Below are positions 48,657 through 58,547 of a stretch of DNA of 63,204 nt, piece by piece. The notes under the pieces were generated by a model. The model was not told the origin of the DNA. It saw only the letters and a program-made list of their open reading frames with translations, and made no database searches. Position 1 is the stretch's first letter. The number at the start of each line of letters is the position of its first letter. Both the position numbers and the translations under genes were made by a program. Source of the stretch: an uncultured Actinomycetota bacterium (GTDB lineage Bacteria; Actinomycetota; Humimicrobiia; Humimicrobiales; Humimicrobiaceae); assembly GCA_964494385.1 (NCBI GenBank), contig CAZBSE010000006.1, forward strand, positions 1 through 63,204. Direction: 5' to 3'.

Positions 48657-49020
48657 AACTAATATTTATTTTAAAAATTACTTGATTTATAGGTTAGTTT
48701 GCACTATTTAATATGAATAATATTGGTAAAAATAATATTAATCAATAACAAAGAAATATCGGCCGGTTTTTAATGATAAATATTATTAAAATATTTTAAA
48801 AGTCGATGTTTAAAATTTTTATAAAAACAAGAAAGAGGTAATTTAGTAACCATTTTTTAAAAACAGAATAATTTTTAGATTTAAATATAAAAATTTTTTA
48901 TTAGATTAGATAAATAATAGTTATAATAAATAGTTGTTAACAAATAATAAAATCTAAAATTTAAAATTATTTAGTGCAAATTAATTTATTAGTCGAGTAA
49001 TATAAAGACTCGACTTTTTT
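48657..49020 (+). ncRNA. Putative structured RNA / long 5' leader of rny (unassigned family)
   Basis: 18-bp closing helix 48689-48706/48972-48989 with 3 G-U; inner helices 48754-48763/48802-48811 and 48867-48882/48950-48971; terminator hairpin at the 3' end; no ORF. Confidence 0.55.
48991..49020 (+). terminator. Intrinsic terminator-like hairpin immediately before the rny SD
   Basis: AGTCGAGT-aatataaag-ACTCGACT followed by TTTTT. Confidence 0.65.
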
Positions 49021-49040
49021 ATTGGAAGGAAGGATTGAAA

Positions 49041-50582
49041 ATGGATTTATTAATAAAAATACTCGCACTCGGAGTAACGATTATAATAGGATTTTTTATA
49101 GGATTTTTCTTCAGGAAGTACATAATAGATTCAAAACTGAGTTCGGCAGAGCAGAAAGCGAATTTGTTATTGAGTAATGCTAAAAAAGAATCTCAAAACA
49201 TTAAAAAGGAATCGATGCTGGAGGGAAAAGAAGAACTGCATAACTTAAAAGTAAGAACGGAAGAAGAAATAAAAAAACAAAAATTTGAATTAAAAAAAAT
49301 GGAAGACAGATTGCTTAATAGAGAAGATTCTATCGAGAATAAAGTTCGGTATCTTGATAAAAAAGAACAATCTGTAAATCAGAAAAATGAAGAATTAGAT
49401 CATAAAAATAAAAAACTTAAAGAGATCCTGGAAAAAGAAATTTTGAAGCTGGAAGCTATTGCAGAACTGACAAAAGATGAAGCTAAAGCAATTCTAATGA
49501 AAAAAATAGAAGATGAGGCAAAATATGAATCAGCAAAAGAAATAAGAAGCATAGAAGCTAAGCTAAAAGAGGATGCTGACAATATAGCAAAAAAGATACT
49601 TTCACAGGCCATACAGAGATGTGCGCTGGACCATGTAAGCGAAACCACGGTTTCAGTAGTGAATCTCCCTAATGATGAAATGAAAGGACGAATAATAGGA
49701 AGGGAGGGCAGGAACATAAGAGTATTTGAGAATCTTACAGGAATTAACATAATCGTGGATGATACCCCGGAAGCAGTAATATTATCTTCGTTCGACCCGG
49801 TAAGGAGAGAAATAGCCAGAGTAACACTTGAAAATTTAATAACAGATGGGAGAATCCACCCTGCAAGAATAGAAGAAATGTTCGAAAAATCAAGTAAGCT
49901 AATCAATAACGAGATTAAAGTTGAAGGGGAGCAAGCAGTTTTTGATATAGGAATATCGGAATTAAATCCGGGAATTGTAAAAGTACTTGGGAGATTAAAA
50001 TATAGGACAAGTTACGGCCAGAATGTACTGCTTCATTCAAAAGAAGTTTCTTTTGTTGCAGGAATAATTGCAGCGGAACTTGGAATGAACGTTAAAAAGG
50101 CAAAAAGAGCCGGACTGCTTCATGATATAGGGAAAGCTTTAACTCATGATATAGAAGGTTCCCACGCTATTATTGGTGCTGAGCTGGCAAAAAGATTAAA
50201 TGAAGATGAAGAAATATGTCATGCGATTAAATCGCATCATAATGAGGTTGAGGCTAAATCTATACTTGATGTGATCATACAGGTAGCTGATCAGATCTCA
50301 GGGGGAAGACCAGGTGCCAGAAGAGAAACTCTGGAAAATTATGTTAAAAGATTAGAAAGCCTGGAAAAGGTCGCCACTAAATTCAAAGGGATAGAAAAGG
50401 CTTATGCGATACAGGCCGGAAGAGAGATAAGAGTAATGGTAAAGCCGGAAGAAGTTGATGAAAATATGTCAATTATGCTATCAAAGGAAATTGCAAGAGA
50501 AATAGAGAAAGAGATGGAATACCCTGGGCAGATAAGAGTGACCGTGATAAGGGAAAGCAGAGCAATTGAATATGCAAAATAA
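49041..50582 (+). CDS. rny: Ribonuclease Y
   Basis: N-terminal TM, coiled coil, KH 'MKGRIIGREGRNIR', HD 'LLHDIGK', 'RPGARRE', 'YPGQI'. Confidence 0.97.
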   Translation: MDLLIKILALGVTIIIGFFIGFFFRKYIIDSKLSSAEQKANLLLSNAKKESQNIKKESMLEGKEELHNLKVRTEEEIKKQKFELKKMEDRLLNREDSIENKVRYLDKKEQSVNQKNEELDHKNKKLKEILEKEILKLEAIAELTKDEAKAILMKKIEDEAKYESAKEIRSIEAKLKEDADNIAKKILSQAIQRCALDHVSETTVSVVNLPNDEMKGRIIGREGRNIRVFENLTGINIIVDDTPEAVILSSFDPVRREIARVTLENLITDGRIHPARIEEMFEKSSKLINNEIKVEGEQAVFDIGISELNPGIVKVLGRLKYRTSYGQNVLLHSKEVSFVAGIIAAELGMNVKKAKRAGLLHDIGKALTHDIEGSHAIIGAELAKRLNEDEEICHAIKSHHNEVEAKSILDVIIQVADQISGGRPGARRETLENYVKRLESLEKVATKFKGIEKAYAIQAGREIRVMVKPEEVDENMSIMLSKEIAREIEKEMEYPGQIRVTVIRESRAIEYAK

Positions 50583-51714
50583 TACTGATATAGACAGATT
50601 TTTATCAGAACTAAAAATAAAAGACTCGCTTAATATTGAAGAAGATCTGGGAAATGGGTATGTAAGGTTAAAAATTTCCGAAGCTGAAAGGAGACAGGCT
50701 CTACAGGATATAAAATGCGTGGAAGATATAATTATTGAGATGCTCCGCAACAGCAGAGATGCGGGAAGTAAAAAAATATTTATCGGTACAAAAAAAATTG
50801 AAGACAAAAAGAGAAAAATTTATTTTATTGATGACGGTGAAGGAATTCCCCCTAAGTTACAGAATATTATATTTGAATCAAGAGTCACTTCAAAGCTGGA
50901 AAATGGAATAAAGGATTCTTACGGGTTCCATGGAAGAGGAATGGCCTTATTCTCAATAAAGTTAAATGTAGATGAAATAAAAATATTTTTTTCAGATAAA
51001 TATAAAGGAACATCCTTTTATATTAATATAGATCTTAAAAAAATTACGGAGAAAAAAGATCAATCTGTAATACCTTATATAATAAAAACCGATGAAGGCT
51101 TTAATATAATAGGGGGAGTCAATAATATAATAAAGACCATTATGGAGTTTCAGGTTCAAAATAGCGGCATCGGCTTTTATTACGGGACTCCTACGCAAAT
51201 ACTGGCCACTATGAGGGATATAACTATAAAAGACATTAAATATCCAAAATTTGAGAAATGGAACGAGTTAAAAGATTATATTAATTTAAATAAAGTAAAA
51301 GTAACTGAAATCCCAAAATTAACCGATAATTACAATTTAATGGAAAAAATCTCTAAAGAGATATTTAATATGGATATATCCCAGAGAGGCATCCAGAGGA
51401 TTATATACAATGAAATAAGGGCGCTGGAGCCCTTAAAAATAGATATACACAAAAGTATAAAGAAACCAGACTTCAATCAGAAACGAGATGTAGAAGAAGA
51501 TAATAGAAATATGAATAAAAGTTTAATACTTTATGATGAAAATAAATTAGCGGGCAGGTTTAAAGATGAAGAAATAAGATGTATAATAAAAATCCTGGAA
51601 GAAAAGATTAAAGAATTAGGTGATAAATATTTTATCACAATCAGTAAAGACATAGAATATAAGAAGTCTAATAATATTATAAAGTTTGTAATTGAACTGA
51701 AGCAAAAAGAATAA
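50566..51714 (+). CDS. Uncharacterised GHKL-family ATPase
   Basis: 'IEMLRNSRDA', 'IDDGEGIP', 'VTSK', 'GFHGRGMALFSI'; C-terminal half unrecognised. Confidence 0.8.
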   Translation: MNMQNNTDIDRFLSELKIKDSLNIEEDLGNGYVRLKISEAERRQALQDIKCVEDIIIEMLRNSRDAGSKKIFIGTKKIEDKKRKIYFIDDGEGIPPKLQNIIFESRVTSKLENGIKDSYGFHGRGMALFSIKLNVDEIKIFFSDKYKGTSFYINIDLKKITEKKDQSVIPYIIKTDEGFNIIGGVNNIIKTIMEFQVQNSGIGFYYGTPTQILATMRDITIKDIKYPKFEKWNELKDYINLNKVKVTEIPKLTDNYNLMEKISKEIFNMDISQRGIQRIIYNEIRALEPLKIDIHKSIKKPDFNQKRDVEEDNRNMNKSLILYDENKLAGRFKDEEIRCIIKILEEKIKELGDKYFITISKDIEYKKSNNIIKFVIELKQKE

Positions 51715-51737
51715 AATAAAAATAGTAAATTAATAAT

Positions 51738-52010
51738 ATGAACAACAATATTAAGTTACTAAGGGTTTCTTCAAAATCAAAACCTAATTCAGTAGCGGGT
51801 GCAATAGCAGGAATGATAAGAAGTGACAGCAGAGTTCAGATTCAGACTATAGGAGCAGGGGCATTAAACCAGGCCATAAAAGGCATTGCCATAGCGAGGG
51901 GCTTTATAGCACCTACCGGCCAGGAAATCGTATGCATACCCTATTTTAAAGATATTGAAGTAAATGGCGAAGTAAAGACTGCTATTGTTCTAAATATAGA
52001 GTCCAGATGA
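51738..52010 (+). CDS. spoVS: SpoVS family (Alba-like) protein
   Basis: 'LRVSSKSKPNSVAGAIAG', 'IGAGALNQAIKGIAIARGF'. Confidence 0.95.
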   Translation: MNNNIKLLRVSSKSKPNSVAGAIAGMIRSDSRVQIQTIGAGALNQAIKGIAIARGFIAPTGQEIVCIPYFKDIEVNGEVKTAIVLNIESR

Positions 52011-52074
52011 ATTAATATTCTCTAATTAAACCTTTTATTTTTTTATAACACTTTTTTTAAAAAAATTCAGATCA

Positions 52075-53379
52075 ATGAAAGCATACATAGAGACTTCCGG
52101 CTGCCAGATGAATGAAAATGATTCCGAGAGAATCATATATCTGTTTGAAAGAGAAGGATATAATAGAACCCGTGACATCGAAAAATCCGATCTTATTATA
52201 CTAAATACCTGCACCGTAAGGGAAAGGGCAAAAAACAGGCTTTATGGGCATATCGGCAATCTAAAAAGGTTAAAAAGTAAAAACAATGATATTTTAATAT
52301 GCATAGGGGGATGTATTGCTCAAAATCTTAAAGAAAGGATAATAGAAGATTTTCCATTTGTGGACATCGTTTTTGGGACCCATAACATAGCCGAGCTTCC
52401 GGACCTGATAAAAAGAAAAATTGCAGGCGGAAAAAGTATCTGCTCGGTCAGAGATGATGGGTATGACCCCGATATCTTTAAAGTAAAAAGAGAATATGAT
52501 TTTAAAGCGTATGTTCCTATTACCATAGGCTGCGATAATTATTGTTCTTACTGCATAGTCCCTTTCGTAAGAGGAAAAGAGAGATCTATAGAAAAAAATA
52601 AAATTATAAAAAACATTAATATGCTTGCTTGCGGGGGAGTGATAGAGGTAACGCTTCTGGGCCAGAATGTAAATTCTTATGGAAAAGGTTTAGATGATAA
52701 ATGCACTTTCCCGCAGCTTCTTGAAGAAGTATCGGATATAAAAAAAATAAGGAGAATAAGATTCCTTACCTCTCATCCAAAGGATTTTTCTAAAGATATT
52801 ACCGGTATTATGAAAAGAAGAAAAAATCTTGCAAAACATGTACACCTTCCGCTGCAGTCAGGGTCAAATAGGATATTAAAAAAAATGAATAGACTCTACA
52901 GCAGGGAGGATTATCTTAATATTATATCAAACATAAAAGATAATATTCCGGATTGCTCTATTACCACTGATATTATAATCGGCTTTCCGGGAGAGAAAAG
53001 AGAAGATTTTGTCAAGACACTTGACATGGTAAAAAAGGTAAGGTTCGCAAGGGCATTTACATTCATATATTCTCCCAGAGAGGGTACAAGGGCATATAAA
53101 TTTAAAGATTGTATTCCTATGAAGGATAAACAAAAATGGTTCAGAGAACTGCTTGATATTCAGAATATGATTTCATTGGAAGAAAATAAAAAATTTATCG
53201 GCCATAAGTTCGAAGTATTGGTTGAGGGCAGAAGTAAAAAGGGCACATGCATGATGGAGGGTAGGATGGAAAATAACACAGTTGTTAATTTTAGGGGAAG
53301 TGCCGGGCTTATCGGAAAAATTTTATCCGTTAAGATTACCGGAGCAAAGTCGTTCTATCTTATGGGAAAATTAGATTAG
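52075..53379 (+). CDS. miaB: tRNA i6A37 methylthiotransferase
   Basis: 'GCQMNENDSE', 'NTCTVRE', 'GCDNYCSYCIVP', 'LLGQNVNSY', TRAM. Confidence 0.96.
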   Translation: MKAYIETSGCQMNENDSERIIYLFEREGYNRTRDIEKSDLIILNTCTVRERAKNRLYGHIGNLKRLKSKNNDILICIGGCIAQNLKERIIEDFPFVDIVFGTHNIAELPDLIKRKIAGGKSICSVRDDGYDPDIFKVKREYDFKAYVPITIGCDNYCSYCIVPFVRGKERSIEKNKIIKNINMLACGGVIEVTLLGQNVNSYGKGLDDKCTFPQLLEEVSDIKKIRRIRFLTSHPKDFSKDITGIMKRRKNLAKHVHLPLQSGSNRILKKMNRLYSREDYLNIISNIKDNIPDCSITTDIIIGFPGEKREDFVKTLDMVKKVRFARAFTFIYSPREGTRAYKFKDCIPMKDKQKWFRELLDIQNMISLEENKKFIGHKFEVLVEGRSKKGTCMMEGRMENNTVVNFRGSAGLIGKILSVKITGAKSFYLMGKLD

Positions 53380-53401
53380 CTAAAATTACTAAAAAGATAA
53401 A

Positions 53402-54442
53402 ATGAAAATATTTAGTGATTACGATTTAAGATTGATAAAAAATGATTTGAAGATCAACAATATAAACCTGGGTAAATTAAAAAGAAGACTGGGTACTTTA
53501 AAAAAAGTTATAGTGATCTGCGGCCCGACCTGTACCGGAAAAAGCAGGACAGGAATAGTCATAGCCAAATTGTTTGATACGGATATCATATCCGCAGATT
53601 CGATGCAGGTTTACAGAGGAATGAATATCGGTACCGACAAGTATGATTCCAAAAGATACGGAGTTAAGCAATATATGATAGATATGTTTGAGCCCGATTA
53701 TAACTTTAGCGTAATGGAATTCAAAAATATATGCAGAGAAATAATTGAAAAGCAGTTTTTTGATAAAAAAAAGATTCCGCTGTTTGTAGGAGGATCGGGA
53801 TTATATATCAGAAGAACAATAGAAAATATGAATAATGCACCAAGGGGGAATGAACTAATAAGAAAAAGGTTAAAAGAAGAAATTGAAAGAGACGGTACTG
53901 GGGAGTATTATAAAAAATTAAAGAAAATTGATAAGGATTATGCCGACAGAATAAGTAAAAACGACCGGAGGAGGATAGTAAGAGCACTGGAAGTTTATGA
54001 GATCACAGGCCGCCCTTTTTCTGATTTTCAGACTGCCTGGAAAAATAAAAAATCCGGATATAACTCTGTTTATGTTGGATTAGAAATGAAAAGATCCGAT
54101 TTGTATGACCTTATAGAAAAAAGAGTGGACAGTATGTTCGAAAGAAACCTGGTAGATGAAGTTAAAAATCTGGTTAAAAAAGGATACGGACAATGTAACA
54201 GCTTAATGCAGGCGGTTAGTTATAAAGAGGTGCTCAAGTATTTAAACGGAGAAATAAATTTAAATTCCTGCATCGAACTTGTAAAGAGAAATACAAGAAG
54301 ACTGGCCAAAAAGCAGATGACGTGGTTCAGGGCCGAACCTGCAATTAATTGGATAAGAGTAAATAATTATGATAACATTTTTAACCTGACTTTAAATGTT
54401 TTTAAAATACTGGAAAAGAAAACAGCAGATGAAAAAAATTAA
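53402..54442 (+). CDS. miaA: tRNA dimethylallyltransferase
   Basis: 'GPTCTGKS', 'SADSMQVY', 'VGGSGLY', 'RALEV', 'AKKQMTWF'. Confidence 0.95.
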   Translation: MKIFSDYDLRLIKNDLKINNINLGKLKRRLGTLKKVIVICGPTCTGKSRTGIVIAKLFDTDIISADSMQVYRGMNIGTDKYDSKRYGVKQYMIDMFEPDYNFSVMEFKNICREIIEKQFFDKKKIPLFVGGSGLYIRRTIENMNNAPRGNELIRKRLKEEIERDGTGEYYKKLKKIDKDYADRISKNDRRRIVRALEVYEITGRPFSDFQTAWKNKKSGYNSVYVGLEMKRSDLYDLIEKRVDSMFERNLVDEVKNLVKKGYGQCNSLMQAVSYKEVLKYLNGEINLNSCIELVKRNTRRLAKKQMTWFRAEPAINWIRVNNYDNIFNLTLNVFKILEKKTADEKN

Positions 54443-55289
54443 ATTTTCAAAACTTAATGGCCAGGGTAATGATTTTATATTAATAGATTCAACCGTAAAT
54501 CAAATAGATCTATCGGTAAAACAGATAACTGAAATGTGCAATAAAAATTTCGGTATAGGTGCGGATGGATTGATATTAGTAAAAAATTCCAGATTATCGG
54601 ATTTAAAGATGGAATATTTTAACAGGGATGGTTCAATTGCAGAAATGTGCGGTAATGGGATAAGGTGCATGGCAAAATTTGCTTATAATAATAATTTAAT
54701 AAAAAAAAGGGAAGCAAGCATTGAAACAATTGCAGGCGTAAAGAAAATATTGATAGAGACCGAAGGTAAAGAAATAGGAAATATAATGGTTAATATGGGA
54801 TTTCCTGAATTCAGGCCCAAAAATATTCCTGTAAAAACAGGAAATGATTCTGAAGTTTTTAATTATAAAATACACATAGGTTCAGAAAATTTTTATATAA
54901 ACTGTGTTTCTATGGGTAATCCGCACTGTGTAATTTTTTTAAGTAAAAATGTAAAATTGGATGCTATAGAAATAAAAAAGTGGGGCCCTAGAATCGAAGA
55001 ATATAAAATTTTTCCAAAAAAGGTTAACGTAGAATTTGTTAAAGTAAAAAATAATAAAGAATTAAATATGAGAGTATGGGAAAGAGGTGTAGGAGAGACC
55101 CTCTCCTGCGGAACAGGAGCTTGTGCGGCTATGGTATGTGCCGTAAAACTTGGAAAGGTAAAAAATAAAAAACTTTCTATCGGATTGCCGGGAGGGAAAA
55201 TAAATATAATATGGGAATCTTTAGTCTCTGAAGTATTTTTAGAAGGAAAAGTAAATTATAGTTATGATGGAGAGTATTTTTTATATTAA
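54429..55289 (+). CDS. dapF: Diaminopimelate epimerase
   Basis: 'GQGNDF', 'GIGADG', 'EMCGNGIRC', 'MGNPH', 'ERGVGETLSCGTG'. Confidence 0.96.
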   Translation: MKKIKFSKLNGQGNDFILIDSTVNQIDLSVKQITEMCNKNFGIGADGLILVKNSRLSDLKMEYFNRDGSIAEMCGNGIRCMAKFAYNNNLIKKREASIETIAGVKKILIETEGKEIGNIMVNMGFPEFRPKNIPVKTGNDSEVFNYKIHIGSENFYINCVSMGNPHCVIFLSKNVKLDAIEIKKWGPRIEEYKIFPKKVNVEFVKVKNNKELNMRVWERGVGETLSCGTGACAAMVCAVKLGKVKNKKLSIGLPGGKINIIWESLVSEVFLEGKVNYSYDGEYFLY

Positions 55290-55328
55290 AATCTTATATG
55301 TATCCAAATTAATTCAGAAAGGTAAATA

Positions 55329-56498
55329 ATGCGCTTTAAAGAATCAGAAAGGATAAGGCTGCTGAAGCCGTATTTATTTGCTGAAATAAATAAAATAATA
55401 GATAAGAAAAAAAAGGAAGGGTTGGACGTAATAAGCCTTGGTATAGGCGATCCTGATATACCGACTTCTCACGGCATAGTTGAAGAGCTTTGCAAAGAAG
55501 CAGAAAATCCTGAAAATCATAGATATCCTTCAAGTTATGGTTTAAAGATTTTTAAAGAATCGGTCTCCGAGTATTATAGCGATAGGTTTGACGTGTCCCT
55601 TGATAGTGAAAAAGAAGTCATACCGCTTTTTGGTTCAAAAGAAGGCATAACGGATATTGCATATGCTTTTATAAATCCCGGAGATTACGCAATGATGACA
55701 GACCCGGCATATTTGGTATACAGGATGGGAACAATATTCGCAGGGGGTATACCATATACAATACCAATAGAAGAAAAAAATAACTTTTTATTTGATATTG
55801 AGAGCATTGATAGAGACATCGCAGCTAAAACTAAGGTTTTATTTATTAATTACCCAAATAATCCGACTACTGCGACATGTGATATAAATTTTTTTAAAAA
55901 ATTAGTAGATTTTGCGGATAAAAACAATATTATTATTTGTCACGACAATGCCTATTCGGATATATATACGGGAGAAAGCAAGCCGTTAAGTTTTTTAAAT
56001 GCAAAGGGCTCCAAAGAGGTCGGGATAGAATTAAATTCGCTTTCAAAGACATTTAATATGACAGGATGGAGAATAGGATATGCGGCAGGTAATGAAAGGA
56101 TAATAAAAAGTCTGGGTAAATATAAAACGAATGTGGATTCAGGTATTTTTAATGCTGTTCAATATGCTGGCGCCAAGGCACTGCGCAATTATAAAAAATA
56201 TTCCGGATATAATAATCAAATTTACAAAAGAAGAAGAGTGATGGTAAAAGAGGCCCTGAATGAGATTGGAATTGATTATTATAATTCTGATGCTACCATA
56301 TATGTATGGGCTAAAGTTCCTGGAAAATTTACATCTGAATCATTTTCAAGAATTATACTGGAAAAAGCCAATGTAGTAGTTACGCCGGGTAATGCTTTCG
56401 GAGAGCATGGAGAAGGATTTTTCAGGATTTCATTGACTATAAATGACATCAGAATCAAAGAAGCATTAAACAGAATAAAACGTGCTGTTAAGGAGTGA
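55329..56498 (+). CDS. dapL: LL-diaminopimelate aminotransferase
   Basis: 'PYLFAEI', 'SLGIGDPD', 'GSKEG', 'NYPNNPT', 'SLSKTFNMTGWRIG'; follows dapF. Confidence 0.85.
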   Translation: MRFKESERIRLLKPYLFAEINKIIDKKKKEGLDVISLGIGDPDIPTSHGIVEELCKEAENPENHRYPSSYGLKIFKESVSEYYSDRFDVSLDSEKEVIPLFGSKEGITDIAYAFINPGDYAMMTDPAYLVYRMGTIFAGGIPYTIPIEEKNNFLFDIESIDRDIAAKTKVLFINYPNNPTTATCDINFFKKLVDFADKNNIIICHDNAYSDIYTGESKPLSFLNAKGSKEVGIELNSLSKTFNMTGWRIGYAAGNERIIKSLGKYKTNVDSGIFNAVQYAGAKALRNYKKYSGYNNQIYKRRRVMVKEALNEIGIDYYNSDATIYVWAKVPGKFTSESFSRIILEKANVVVTPGNAFGEHGEGFFRISLTINDIRIKEALNRIKRAVKE

Positions 56499-56515
56499 TA
56501 TAACCGGAATAGTTT

Positions 56516-57802
56516 ATGGAAAGAGAAAAAGTTCTTCTGGTATTTATTAGTTTCGAAGACTTTAAAAAAAATATTGGAAATGAAAATTTTCATCAAAAGA
56601 ATACTGATAAAAACACTGAAGAATTAAAAAATTTAACCATGAGTGCCGGAGCAGATGTTAAAGAGGTACTATGCTTCAAACAAAAAAAGCCAAATCCAAG
56701 ATATTTCATAAACACAGGTAAATTAGAAAAAATTAAACATCTTGTAAAAAGTAGTAAAATAAATCTGGTAATTTTTAATGAAGAAATAACTCCCACCCAG
56801 CAGAGAAATCTCCAATCTTCACTTGATATCAAAGTTCTTGATAGAACCGCACTTATTCTTGATATATTTTCTCAGAGAGCACACAGCAGAGAAGGTAAGA
56901 TACAGGTAGAACTTGCACAGTTGAATTATATGCTGCCAAGATTAACAGGAAAAGGGATAGTACTGTCAAGACTGGGTGGCGGAATTGGTACCAGGGGTCC
57001 CGGAGAAACAAAACTTGAAGCGGATAGAAGAAAAATAAGGAGAAGAATAAGCCTGCTTGAAAAGAAAATAGAACAAATAGGCACGCAAAGAAATACACAG
57101 AGAAAAAAGAGAGAAGAAAAAGAGATATTTCAAATAGCACTTGTCGGATACACCAATAGCGGTAAGTCTACATTATTAAATGCTGTTACTGAATCGGATG
57201 TTTATGTAGAAGATAGGTTGTTTTCCACCCTTGATTCAACTACGAGAAAATTAGATGTATTTCCAAATTCTGAAGTTTTAATATCAGATACGGTTGGATT
57301 TATAGAAAAATTACCCCATCAGCTAATTGCAGCTTTCAGATCTACACTTGAAGAGGTTAAAAAATCAAATCTTTTACTACTAATTGTCGATATAAGTAAT
57401 CCTTATTTCGAAAAGAATATAAACAGCGTAAAAGAAGTCTTAAAAGAAATCGAAGTAGATAAAAAACCTATGATTTTGGTTTTTAATAAAATAGATAAAA
57501 TAAATAAAGAAAAATCAGAAAGGATAAAAATAAAATATAAAAATTCTTTATTTATATCTGCTTTAAAAAAAGATAGATTATCTGAACTATATGACGGTGT
57601 AAAAAATATAATTAGAAAACAGTATATAAATATAACCGTTAAAATCCCTTATGATGAAAACAGAGTAGTATCTTTTATTTATAAGAACTGCCAGGTTTTA
57701 AAAAAGAGAAATTTTGAAGATTGTACAATAATGGATTTAATTATGAACTCAAAATATTGTCCCGTACTTTCCAAATATATATACAGAGGGGGCCAGGGAT
57801 AA
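56516..57802 (+). CDS. hflX: GTPase HflX
   Basis: 'LILDIFSQRA', 'GIGTRGPGE', 'GYTNSGKST', 'DTVGFI', 'NKID'. Confidence 0.96.
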   Translation: MEREKVLLVFISFEDFKKNIGNENFHQKNTDKNTEELKNLTMSAGADVKEVLCFKQKKPNPRYFINTGKLEKIKHLVKSSKINLVIFNEEITPTQQRNLQSSLDIKVLDRTALILDIFSQRAHSREGKIQVELAQLNYMLPRLTGKGIVLSRLGGGIGTRGPGETKLEADRRKIRRRISLLEKKIEQIGTQRNTQRKKREEKEIFQIALVGYTNSGKSTLLNAVTESDVYVEDRLFSTLDSTTRKLDVFPNSEVLISDTVGFIEKLPHQLIAAFRSTLEEVKKSNLLLLIVDISNPYFEKNINSVKEVLKEIEVDKKPMILVFNKIDKINKEKSERIKIKYKNSLFISALKKDRLSELYDGVKNIIRKQYINITVKIPYDENRVVSFIYKNCQVLKKRNFEDCTIMDLIMNSKYCPVLSKYIYRGGQG

Positions 57803-57820
57803 TAGAGTCCGTAGCGTAAT

Positions 57821-58450
57821 TTAAAAATATTTTCTGATTACACCTATTACTTTTCCAAGTATTTTAACATTATCTACAATTATTGGTTCCATGTAATCAT
57901 TTTCGGGCATTAATTTTACTTTTTTTTTCGTTTTAAAAAATCTTTTAACTGTTGCTTCATCTTCAAGCAGAGCTACGATTATTTCACCATTTATAGCGGT
58001 ATCCTGTTTTCTTACGATAATATAATCCCTATCAAATATCCCGGCGTTAACCATACTATCTCCTCTTACATGAAGCATAAACACATCTTTTTTGCCCTTA
58101 ATAAAATCAGTAGTAAGGGGAAAATAATCTTCTATGTTTTCATTTGCCAGGATTGGTTTACCGGCTGCTATTTTCCCGACTACCGGAACGTATACAAGAT
58201 TATTATTAATGCTGTTGTCTGTACCGTCTTCGCTATGAGAAAGCAAAGAAATAGCGCGGGGCATTGAATGATTTCTTTTAAGGTAACCTTTTTCTTCAAG
58301 TTTTTTCAAGTGGGAATGTGCTGTAGCGGAAGAGCTAAGATTAACGGCTTTTGCTATTTCTCTAACAGAGGGAGGATAACCAGATTCTTTGATTTTCTGG
58401 TTTATAAATTTTAATATTTTTTCCTGCCTGAAACTAATCTTTTCAGCCAT
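57821..58450 (-). CDS. lexA: SOS repressor LexA
   Basis: 'GYPPSVREI', cleavage site 'IAAG', catalytic 'GDSM' and 'ATVKRF'. Confidence 0.97.
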   Translation of the reverse strand: MAEKISFRQEKILKFINQKIKESGYPPSVREIAKAVNLSSSATAHSHLKKLEEKGYLKRNHSMPRAISLLSHSEDGTDNSINNNLVYVPVVGKIAAGKPILANENIEDYFPLTTDFIKGKKDVFMLHVRGDSMVNAGIFDRDYIIVRKQDTAINGEIIVALLEDEATVKRFFKTKKKVKLMPENDYMEPIIVDNVKILGKVIGVIRKYF

Positions 58451-58515
58451 AATTTTATAAAGTTATAATAAAATTTTTAAATTAAAAAGATTATATCAAA
58501 AATATAAGATTATAG

Positions 58516-58529
58516 CAAACATAAGTTCG
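58516..58529. promoter_or_regulatory. LexA (SOS) box upstream of lexA
   Basis: CAAAC-ATAA-GTTCG, near the CGAAC-N4-GTTCG consensus. Confidence 0.75.
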
Positions 58530-58547
58530 CCCTTTTATTCAATGGTT

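Noticed and set aside
48657-49020. Assigning the rny upstream RNA to 6S, tmRNA, RNase P RNA or a T-box
   Set aside because: No tRNA-like GGGG..CCA ends, no GAGGAAAGTCC P4 motif and no GGTGGTACC T-box. It is multibranched and longer than a typical 6S rod, so it is left unassigned.
50566-51714. Calling the GHKL protein mutL or a histidine kinase
   Set aside because: Too short for MutL, with no C-terminal MutL motifs, no phospho-acceptor His box and no sensor.
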